DNA from: Takakia lepidozioides
Taxonomy: Eukaryota; Plantae; Bryophyta
Assembly (NCBI GenBank): GCA_030704615.1
Contig: CM060733.1
Span: forward strand, 39,804,001 to 39,868,000
Length of the DNA stretch: 64,000 bases
Direction of reading: 5' to 3'
Both the position numbers and the translations under genes were made by a program. Positions 36,515-47,500 of this stretch are shown one piece after another. Within the stretch, counting starts at the first letter, position 1. Every line of letters begins with the position of its first letter. Below the pieces are notes generated by a model. That model did no database searches. It had not been told where the DNA came from and saw only the letters and a list, made by a program, of their open reading frames with translations.

Positions 36515-38460
36515 CTGGATGGAAAAAATCGGCGCCGAATTTCCATCCAGCGGATGAAGTATGACGCAACAAAGCCATCCCTCCGCCCGAGCCGTTCTCA
36601 TCGAGGAGACGTCGGATGGAAATCCTGCGCCGCATTTCCATCTTGCAGGTAATTCGGAGCGCGGCCGGATGGAAAAACGGCGCCGAATTTCCATCCCAGA
36701 GGTAATTCGGAGCGCGGCCGGATGGAAATCCGGCGCCGAATTTCCATCCTACAGGTAATTCGGAGCGGCCTGATGGAAAACGGCTCCGAATTTCCATCCT
36801 GCAGGTAATTCGGAGCGCGGCCGGATGGAAATCCGGCGCCGAATTTCCATCCCAGAGGTAATTCGGAGCGCGGCCGGATGGAAATCCGGCGCCGAATTTC
36901 CATCCCAGAGGTAATTCGGAGCATGGCCGGATGGAAAAACGGCGCCGAATTTCCATCCCAGAGGTAATTCGGAGCGCGGCCGGATGGAAATCCGGCGCCG
37001 AATTTCCATCCGCCAGGAAAGTCGCAGCGCGGATGGATGGAAATCCGGCGCCGAATTTCCATCCGCCAGGAAAGTCGCAGCGCGGATGGATGGAAATCCG
37101 GCGCCAAATTCCATCCTACAGGTAATTCGGAGCGCGGCCGGATGGAAAAACGGCGCCGAATTTCCATCCTGCAGGTAATTCGGAGCGCGGCCGGATGGAA
37201 ATTCGGCGCCGAATTTCCATCCGCCAGGTAAGTCGAAGCGCGGAATTACCATCCTGCAGATAATTATGAGCGTGGCCGCTTGTTTTTTTGGTCTTAAAAG
37301 ACAAAACCTTATGTTTTAGACACGGTTTCCAGGGAATTCTCGACTGGTTGAGAGAAATTCCTTGCTTCTTTTCCATCCCTCGTAGTTCCTAAATGGAAAT
37401 TCGTTGCCGAAATTCCATCTGGCCGCGATTGCGATTAAATGCCGAATGGAAATTCGGCGCCGGTTTTCCATCCCCTCCGCCCGAGTCGACTTTATTCCGG
37501 CGCCCCCTGTTGGATATTCGGTGCCGAATTTCCGTCCAGGGGTTGTATTGTGACGGCCAGGTGTCGGCCTCTCCCCCGAGCCGACTACATCCGAACGGCC
37601 CTGGATGTAAATTCGGCGCCGTTTTTCCATCCGGGGAGGTTTTTATGTTGGCCACTTTTCGGCCTGACCCCCCGACACGACTTCCTTTGGGGGGGCCCGG
37701 ATGGAAATTTGGCGCCGAATTTCCATCCGGGAGATGTTCTCTGTCGGACACGTGTTGGCCTCTCCGCCCGAGGCGACTTCATCCGGGCGGCCCCTGTTGG
37801 ATATTCGGTGCCAAATTCCCGTCCGGGGGTTGTACTGTGACGGCCATGTGCCGGCCTCTCCCCCCGAGCCGGCGGCATCCGAACGGCCCCGGATGTAAAT
37901 TCGGCGCCGTTTTTCCATCCGGGGAGGTTTTTATGTCGGCCACTTTTCGGCCTGACCCCCCGACACGACTTCCTTTGGGGGGGCCCGGATGGAAATTCGG
38001 CGCCGAATTTCCATCCGAGGGATGTTCTCTGTCGGACAGGTGCCGCCTCTCCGCCCGAGGCGACTTCATCCGGGCGGCCTCTGTTGGATATTCGGTGCCG
38101 AATTCCCGTCCGGGGGTTTGTACTGTGACGGCCATGTGCCGGCCTCTCCCCCCGAGCCGGCTGCATCCGAACGGCCCCGGATGTAAATTCGGCGCCGTTT
38201 TTCCATCCGGGGAGGTTTTTATGTCGGCCACTTTTCGGCCTGACCCCCCGACACGACTTCCTTTGGGGGGGCCCGGATGGAAATTCGGCGCTGAATTTCC
38301 ATCCGGGGGGATGTTCTCTGTCGGACAGGTGTCGGCCTCTCCGCCCGAGTCGACTTCATCCGGGCGTCCCCGTTGGATATTCGGTGCCGAATTCCATCCG
38401 GGGGTTTGTAATGTGACGGCCCGGTGCCGGCTTCTCCCCTTCAGCCGACATCATCCGCGC
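36515..38460. repeat. Palindrome arrays between the divergent ParB and transposase genes (53-bp unit, then 288-bp higher-order unit)
   Basis: Repeated GGATGGAAATYCGGCGCCGAATTTCCATCC; perfect 32-bp palindrome at 37986-38017. Confidence 0.92.
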
Positions 38461-38701
38461 GGGCCCCCACTTTCTGACTGCATACCGTTGGCAGTTATTG
38501 CGCAAAGACCAGGGGCCGCATTCCGGAGACAATGTTCATTAACACTCTGACTGTGGATTTTTGAGATAGTTGGCTCCCTGGATTTGGATCAGGCTTCGTC
38601 GCTCGGACAAATCGGCACCGCATTCCTTCCCATCGGTGCATCCCCTTCTACCAGGGAGCTTGCCCGCACGCCATCCTGACAGCCTTGTGTGCACATCTCC
38701 C

Positions 38702-41700
38702 ATGGCGGAAAACCCGAGCGCTACAGTGTACTGCCCTCCTCATAAGCATAGAGCTTCATTTCCGTGCAGAGGGACATCTGCCGTGTGATGGAGAAATATC
38801 TGTGCGTTCGATACCACCTGAAACCGGGGTCGGTTTTTTTGGAGGAGGAAAGGAAGGACTCAAACAGTGTTGTTGTCGAGAGTATTGTTGTGCTCCACGA
38901 TGATTTCAGCGATGGCACGGAATGGCAAGTTCCACCATCGGACAACGTCATATACAGGGCGGTTGGGGACTTCATTTGCCCACCAAATGCACCTTCTATC
39001 CTGGCGCCTTCCACGAAACAATCCGCGAATCAGAGAGTGGGTACCTCAAAGAGAGAAGTCCGCAACGAAGTAAATCCAGAGCCCAACCCATCAATGAAGA
39101 CGAGCGAGAACCGGGTTGTTCACAACCTGTCCGACTCCGACGAGGTCATGGAAGTTCCGAGATCGTCCTGGAGATCAGGCAAGTCCTCAATGGACGTCAG
39201 TGGACGAGGGAGTCATATTCCCAGCACGAGCACCGCAGTTCGATCCATTCTTGAAATTCTGCGAGGGCTTCACATGGATGGACACCGCTCGGAGCTGGCC
39301 GGGCTGGACTACAGCAAGTTCACAATTAAATCAGTTACATGGCTTCCCGTAGACGTCGACGGTAATATCTTCTTTGACGTCTCGAGGACTACTCGAGGGC
39401 GTCCGGAATGTTGACAGATATGGATAGAAAACATGACGGTCATCCTTGGTGCGTCACCAAAACCACCAGCATGAAGATGCTCGATGGTGTGCAGGTGTGC
39501 AGGTGCGCTACGTTGTTTGTGCGGGCGCATTGCGGTGTTTCTCCCCAACTTGCTTCCATTTTAAATCCAGAGGTCACAGGAACGAGACTGATTGGACAGG
39601 CACAGCTCATCAACCATTTTGAGCTCAGGAGAAGGTTTCCGAACTCCACATTTAAGTGTGCGCATTGCAAAGAACCACCACACTGCATGTCTGTTTGTAA
39701 TGCCAAGCAGTTCTATGTGTTGCACCGTTTCCCTGACCTCACCCGAGCTTGCATACACGTTGGTTCCCATTGTCACAAATTGACGAGGGGGAACTCGCGG
39801 GAGGCTGCCCACGAGGCAGAGCAGCTCGTTCAAGAGGAGGTTAAGTTGAGACCGGGTGCCAAACCCAAACAGATACAGCTCCAAGCTGCCCATAAGATGG
39901 CATTGGCCAGAATTATGTCGAAAGATGGCTCCAATAGAGTTCCTCTCGATGAGAAGGAAATGGAGGCATTGCTGGAGTCGGTGTCCCACGTCTGTTCATC
40001 GAATGTCCGAAACCACATTGTCTCATGCAAACAGAAAATTGGGCGTGGCCGGATATGCACTCCATTCTGGAGGTGAAGCGACGATGTGGATATGACTACA
40101 TTCATGGAAGTAGGTTTCCAGGAAAAGGGACTGAGGCAGATCGTTGTTTCGTATTCAAAATGTCCACGTGTGGGCCTGGCAGCGGCGTCGAACTGGTTGA
40201 CAGGATGACGAGTGAGGACTTGTCGAACAGTTGGGTCATGTTCGACCATATCAAGCGAATTACAAATCACCAGTGGGTGACAATGGGTGCACATGTCTAC
40301 GACACCCACTGCAGGATGCTAATGACAATTGCTATTTGTGAGATGAAAGGAGAGGACACACAATCGGAGATGCTTCTTTGGCAGGGAATAACAAACAGAT
40401 GGCCAAGGCGGGATTGCCCCCTCCCAATTTCCGTGGTTTCATGGCGGACAACGCACAAGCAATTGGGCTGCCATCCGAAGGGGTACGGGCAAGACCCCAA
40501 TGTTCCCATGGAAGGCAAGGAAAGATCTTATGGGTTCTATTTTCTGCAGAGCCTTTCGCAGTACACAACCAGGCTCGTTGTCGCGCACCTCACTTCGGTA
40601 AGCTCCCCTTCAAGTCATAGTTACTCGCTTTGATGCGCGCGCCTGACTCCCAACCTGGCCGCCCGAGCCAACTTGGAGCTTCGGCTGCTCACCGGGACAT
40701 AACGGTCCCCCCTTCGCTTCCCTCTAAACCCTCCACCTAATTGGGACTAGGAGAATTCCCTTTGGTAGATGGCAGTCCGGAACAGCTCCCCACTCTTTGG
40801 TCGCTTTCCGGCTCGCCTCGCTTACTCACTAGTTTTTGGTCACCAACGGGCTTGCACCGTTTCTCGGGGTTACTACTCCCTATATATACTTCTGTAGCTG
40901 TCCGCGGGGGTTCCACAACCAGCCATGCCATTTTATGGCGAACCACCACGAAAACCCTCGACTCCCGGTGATGAGTCGCGGTGAGTCTTGGCCCGCTCAC
41001 CACGGCCCCTATGGACCGTGATGAGTCCCAAGACTCCCCACGACTCCCACCACGAGGTCTCCGCCCCCATGGTGAGTCCTATGCCACCCCACTAAGTCCC
41101 GCTAAGCTACCACCACCCCTTGTGGAGCCACCCCCACCGCAACCCGGTGTGCGGGGCTCCGCCTAGTGAGCGCCTCCGCCTCCTTGAGTGCCTTGGGCAC
41201 TCAACGGTGCTTCAGCCCCCCCATACCTATCGCTGCCGCTGCCCCCACCACAAGGGCAGCCCCTCATGTGTCCCGACCCCCTGCCCTCAAGGCAAAGGGC
41301 CGCGACACATGTCTACGACACCCACTGCAGGATGCTAATGACAATTGCTATTTGTGAGATGAAAGGAGAGGACACACAATCGGAGATGCTTCTTTGGCAG
41401 GGAATAACGAACAGATGGCCAAGGCGGGATTGCCCCCTCCCAATTTCCGTGGTTTCATGGCGGACAACGCACAAGCAAATTGGGCTGCCATCCAAAGGGG
41501 TACGGGCAAGACCCCCAATGTTCCCATGGAAGGCAAGGAGAGATCTTATGGGTTCTATTTTCTGCAGAGCCTTTCGCAGTACACAACCAGGCTCGTGGTG
41601 CCAGATTTCAGAGAGGAGCACCGTTCCATGTGTCTTGCGTGGAAGCGCGCTCCCACCTTGGATGATGCAGAGACACAGTTTGCATGTATACGGGCTTGGT

Positions 41701-42995
41701 GGACATTGTCAGGTGTTGTAAAGAAATCAGACGAGGGAGCAATGGTCAGTTGGCTAGCATGGTGACATTATCGTTTCCTCCAGTTTGGCGACTATATGCG
41801 GGAGGTGAGTTGCACGAATTCGCGTCTCGTTGAATATTATTCTTGGCATTATTTGTAACTTGCTTGTAACCTCAACATGTGCTTGTGCAGGAAATGTGTC
41901 TCGACTCCGACACCGACATGCCCACGACAAACATGGCCGAATCAGTGCATTCTTCTTGGCGTGCCTCCTCTGCGGCGCATCTGGTGGACATCCTCACTGC
42001 CACAACGGAGGACATTGTGAGGTCAATTATGCAGCAATGCAGGTACAACAAGTTCTTGAAAGGGAAACAGTGGGGCTTGGGGCCGGACAGGCAAGAAATG
42101 CTGATGTGGACTGCCTCCAGATCGAAGAATCCTCGGAAGTGGGCGGCGGTCTTGCGAGAGGGCCTTCGGGACACGCCATTGCTTCGAAGAGGCCAACATT
42201 TGGAAGGAGATGTTCATACCCGTCCAGTGAGACCGAAGACTTGACGAGGCACCTGGCGGGGAAGATGATTCATGGCGAGCTGACAAGAATATTCGCACGC
42301 TCCCACATTTGCTCACGCCACAACGCAGACGTTTTGGTTCTGTAGGCACGACATAATGACCTGTGTATTTGGCAAGCCCAAGTACGGGATTCAGGGAATG
42401 CCGGAGCTTCCGGGCATTTGGTCTGTTGCACCGGGTTGCAGCCTCTCTCAGAATGAGGCGGATGCTCTATCTGCAGCAGAATTTCGAATGGTGCAACGCA
42501 CAGACGTCCCGGCCCACGCATTTCCAGTTCCTCATACCCAGCCATTGCAGACTGACTGCGGTCCAGTCCAGAGACGGATTGGACAATTCTGCACATCCCA
42601 CAATGCGATTCGGAAGAGTGAAGAGACGACACCCTCCCAACAAGTTGAATGAGACTCGGATTGCCAATGCTCTTGGGATGGCTTGCACTATTCAGAGCTC
42701 CGTGGACGTACCTCCACCCGGCCTTGGGTGTGTTTATCGGATGGCAACGGCCGGCTCGGCTGTACGCGACGATGTATACACAATTACGATTGGAGTGGAG
42801 CCGACTTGCAATTGTACGGACTTCTCGTTGATGGAAGCAAAGAAGGGTTCAAAGTATTATCCGTGCAAGCATCTGTATTACAGTTACCTGAAGAGGTTGA
42901 GGATGAACGTGACTATTGATGACTTTATTCATGCACCGGCGTTGAGCGTGAACGAGCTGCACAAACTCCTCCTTAGGGATTCCAGAAATCATTGA
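38702..42995 (+). mobile_element. Mutator-like (MULE) DDE transposase pseudogene with GCM-like N-terminal domain and SWIM finger (element A)
   Basis: MDRKHDGHPWCVTKTT, KCAHCKEPPHC, CIHVGSHCH; catalytic-type WVMFDH, FMADNAQA and TNMAESVH; SWIM CNCTDF...YPCKHLYY; intron ~41805-41890; frameshifts and an LTR insertion. Confidence 0.85.
40579..41307. mobile_element. Solo LTR, same family as 30050-30758
   Basis: TGTCGCG...CGCGACA ends; flanked by a ~287-bp duplication instead of a 5-bp TSD. Confidence 0.9.
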
Positions 42996-43139
42996 TGGGG
43001 CAAAGGGAATCCTCCATATGGATATTTTCAATTGCATTTTCATGTATCAGACTTTTTTTTGCAGTGTAATAAAATGCACCCCAAAACTCCTGGAATGAGG
43101 CAATATTCCATTCAAACTGAGATCCAACAGAAGCAATTG

Positions 43140-43410
43140 TGGGGCCATTTCTAGAAAAATGGCGCCGGATTTCTCTATTTTGGGCCGAAAACTGGCTAAG
43201 TCCCAACTGGTACCCCTGTGTCTGGAAAAATGGCGCCGAATTTCCCTATTTTGGGCCGAAAACTGGCTAAGTCCGAACATGCTCGGAACAATGTCTGGAA
43301 AAATGGCGCCGAATTTCCAGTTACATGGCCCGAAACTGCCCAACATCTGTGCAATCCCCGGCACCATGTACCGAAATTCGGCGCCACATTTCCAAATTTT
43401 GGGCTTACAC
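43140..43410. repeat. Subterminal GGCGCC palindrome cluster and probable right end of element A
   Basis: Four AAAATGGCGCCGAATTTC-type sites, then GGGCTTACAC at 43401-43410, abutting transposase-B coding sequence. Confidence 0.7.
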
Positions 43411-43412
43411 AC

Positions 43413-44283
43413 CTGTCCTAAGGGGACAGCACAACCTACTTTGAAAGGGTTGTCGCAGACACCTTCCCATTCCGTCTCGTTTGCCGAACCGTCCATTTAG
43501 AAGTGCTGGCAAGAAACATTTGGGCAACGAAGGTGTCCAACGCAAATCGATCTATGGAACTTCAAGCCATGCGGATTGCATATATTGGAAGTTTTCGTCC
43601 GGCACTGTCCATCGTGCTTCTTGTCCATGCCCGCCATTTGTCCTGCCCATCCCCCAAAGGATGTCGCTGATGGCAGCTCAAAAATGATATCACCATTAAA
43701 TTCATTGGGTAGGTATTTTGCTCTAACAATTCGTTGTGTATTCAATGCCTCTCACATCACTCTTGCATCCTGGCAACCCCCTCAAGGACTGCAACTTCGG
43801 AATGACACTTGCAATCTCTTGCACATTGGGGTCCCCCAGCAGACGTTGATTCGGAGGAGGTGGGAGCTCCGACACGTCTTCTTCTAAGCTATCAGAGATA
43901 TCAACAAATGTGGTGGAGGTTGTCTCTTCTTTTTTGATGGGCAGAGTTTTGGGCACCTGAGCCTCCGAAGCTGCTGTTTTGGGCGTGACTATGGAACCTC
44001 CCGACAGACGTCTTTGATCCCCATGAACGCGATACTTTGCTGGTGGAACTATTCAATCTCGCCGACTGCCAGACAAATGTGGTTTCTGAACGCATGTGCC
44101 CTCGACCTTCCCCACTTTGTCATACACCTCTCTCACTACATATACAATCCCTGCCTCAAAGCGGAAGGTTACGCAAAGCAAGTCTACTTGAACTACGGCG
44201 AGCCCATTCACGTCGGCTACGGCACTCAGGTACTCCGCTTGCGCGTTGGAGTAGAAAACAGTGACGTTGGAGTTGAGAGACAT
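43413..44283 (-). mobile_element. 5' part of a second MULE transposase with GCM-like domain (element B), cut off by element A
   Basis: MSLNSNVTVFY..LCVTFRFEAG, KYLPNEFNGDIIFELP, GMDKKHDG..TKTSNI and CVGHLRCPNVSC align with the N-terminus of transposase A. Confidence 0.8.
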
Positions 44284-44586
44284 TGCATGAACGAGCACGG
44301 GAGTGTGGGCAGTGGAGAGGAGGTGACAAGAGTACACTAGGAAGGCCGAATTCTTCAAACCACTTCTTGACAATGTCTCAGTGGATCCACCGACTGAAGG
44401 TGCTGAGGCAAATTATTTCTTTGCATGTTGTGTAGTAGCCGGCTTTGACTCTGACAGATACTAGTGAATTTTATCCCATTAATATCAGATCACAGACCAC
44501 CGGACACATGATTCTGATAGGCAAGTATTGCGGCCGACTTTGCAGATGCCACATCCTCAGTGACTGCGCTGTGGGTCGAACCCCTT

Positions 44587-47500
44587 ATGTCAAACATGGA
44601 TACGTGGCATGCCTATATTGGGCAACAGGTGTCGAGTTCTCTGCGAGACAGCCCGCAAGCATCCCGCCAAAAAATGAAAAACCCCAATTATGAGCCGTTA
44701 CGTTTTTGGATGATTTGTTATTCCTTGAGAGGGAGGGATGAAAACCTAACCGCCATCCAGTTTTGCCATTTGCCGGAGGGATGTCTTCAGAGGTTACATT
44801 ATGGTGTTCATCATTTCAAACTCGCCACACTGGAGCATCCCAAGAACGAGAGCGTTTCCAGAAAGAAGAGAGTGAGAAGGCAGTCTTTGTACTTCACGTC
44901 TGCTAGGCAGAGGTTGAGAACGAGAGAGAGGATAAAGAAAGCTAGGAGGGCTTTGAATTTGTATGAGGAAGGGAGCGATCGCGAGGGGGAGGGTACTTTG
45001 GGCGAAGGGATGGAGAGTCTGGCAGGTAAGGAGCCCATTCTGGACAAGCAGCTCGAGGATCTGTTGGAGCTGCTTCTATTGCAACCAATACAGGAGAAGG
45101 AAGTCGAAAGGGAGAGCGGTGCTCCTGCAGAGGAGGAGGTAACACGGCAAAGTCCGCAGAGGGGCCTGTCGACAAGGGGGCGGCCCTCCTCCATGCAACT
45201 GTCTTTGCGCCCGTTGAAGGAGAAGGCTCAAGCGGAAAGCAGCGTCGGGTTGGGAGAGGAGGACACTTCCAGCGGTGGATAGAGTTTGATCCAGGTGAGT
45301 ATAGCAGCACATTGGCTTTAGATTACCTTGTTCCATGACTCGTAGCGATAAGAAGAGCAGTAAGAAACATACATTTGAGCCTGATTTCAGATGACTTTGA
45401 CAATAGCTTAAAACGGCATCGCATCATGTCCACCATTGCATTCGCAAGGGTTTTGAATAAGTCGAGAACAAGGTGATTAAGCTGTCATTGACAACAACTT
45501 AATCTGCCACCTCCACGAGGCATAGCCCTTTGTTCTAGCGAGCCCAATGTTGTCGCTGTATGAGTGCAGTAGCCTGCAATATGTACAAGATTAAGATGAC
45601 ATTGACGACACCTTAATCTGGGCATGCAATGCTTATCTTCATTATGCTTTTTGGCAGAGAAAGCAGAAGAAGGCTTGGGAGAGTCAGCGTCCGATCTCAT
45701 CCGTGGATCCTGCAATTCAAGAGCAGACCATGCCAGAGCAGGGTCATGTCGCTCAGGAGGAGGAGGAGGTGCAAATAATGCAGTGTCCACGACAGGTCTC
45801 AGGCACTGAGGAGCAGCAGAAAAACACACAAGTGCCTCCGCAATCCGTGAAGGAGAAGAGCTAGGTGCAAGGCAGAAGGCGTGCAGGGGGGGGCGGGTCT
45901 TCCAGCGGAGGAATGAAGCCAGAGAAGGTTAGTTCATACATTCGAATCCATGGTTTTTGCAACACAAAGGAGTTAGATTGAGGTGAGGCTAACGCCACCT
46001 AAAAGGTCACCTTTGCGGGTAATGGTTTACGTAGAAGGTTAAAGTGAAGGAAGATTAAGGTGTCGTTGACGACACCTTAACCTGCCACTGCGTTCAACCA
46101 AAAACTCTCCAATGAATTGAACCCAAAACATCAGCAAATCACTCTGGAACTTCAGCAGATTAAGGTGTCGTTGACGATACCTTAATCTGCCTCTGCAATC
46201 AACATAAACATGGGAGAAACACTCTAGAACTACAACGGATTAAGATGTCATCAACGACACCTTAATTTGCCACTGCATTGAACCTCAAACATAGGGAAAT
46301 CACCCTAGAACAATAGCAAATTAAGCTGTCGTTGACGACATCTTAATCTGTCAATGAATTCAACATAAAACATCCAAAAAACACCATAAATTAAGGTGGC
46401 GTTGACGACATCTTAATCTGCTTCTGCATTCAGTCCAAAATATGAGAAAAACACCCTACAACTGTAGCAGATTAAGATGTGGTTGACGACATCTTAATCT
46501 CCAATGAATTGAACCCAAAACATGAGAAAATCACTCTGTAACTTCAGCAGATTAAGGTGTTGTTGAGGACACCTTAATCTGCCTCAGCAATCAACATAAA
46601 CATGGGAGAAACACTCTAGAACTACAGCGGATTAAGATGTCATCAACAACACCTTAATCTACCACTGCATTGAACCTCAAACATTGGGAAATCACCCTAC
46701 CAAAACATCAAATTAAGTTGTTGTTGACGACATCTTAATCTTGCCATGAATTGTGTATCTTAACACATTGCATTTTGCAGAAAAAGAGAAAGAAAGCCGG
46801 GGGAATCCAGCCTGCAGAGGAAACAATTGTTCTTGAAGACAGGGACATTATTATGGATGCCAACTATGAAGCCAAGGTGCACTATGTACACCACCAAGGT
46901 GAACTCGAGGAAAGTCATCAACTCCATGGAAGTGAAAGATGACACTCTTTTCATTCCTCTGTGCTAGATGATTTCTATGCCAGCAGTTTGGCCTGCCCTT
47001 CACCACGATATCAAGAAGCTACAGGGGGATTTTATCCATGGGAACTTGAAGGGTTCGGCTGTGTTTTATGTGGCACTGACTGATCTCCAGGGATCTGAGA
47101 AATTGGTGGACCTCGATGTAATGGACAGTTGGGACCCGCTTTGGAAAGAAGTGAATACGGAGTTTGAGATTGAGCTTTCACAGAACCCAGCACACGTCGA
47201 GTACATGAACAAAATATTCTTTGTTTGGGATGACAACCACTGTTTGGTGGCCTGGATGGAGTACATCAGCAGGATGTATGCAGAGAACAAAGAGTGGCAC
47301 TATCGGGTTCAGTCAATGGTCCTCGATCCGGAGGGGAAGTTCACTCAGCTTCTAACTGCAATGCACGATATCAACAAGTAAGAGTCTTGCCCACTTCTTG
47401 TCTCCAATTTCATTGTTCTGTCAATCTTCAAACTTTGTCAACTGACCTGTTCGCATTGCAGGGGGACGGAGACATCCCATGTCACCACCAACATAGTTCA

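Noticed and set aside
36488-38550. Long repetitive ORFs (e.g. 37393-38550, 385 aa)
   Set aside because: Open on both strands in several frames because the GC-rich palindromic repeat lacks stops; no protein signal.
46050-46745. CRISPR array (palindromic repeat plus spacers)
   Set aside because: The spacers are similar to each other, the repeats are degenerate, there are no cas genes, and the array lies in a spliceosomal intron.
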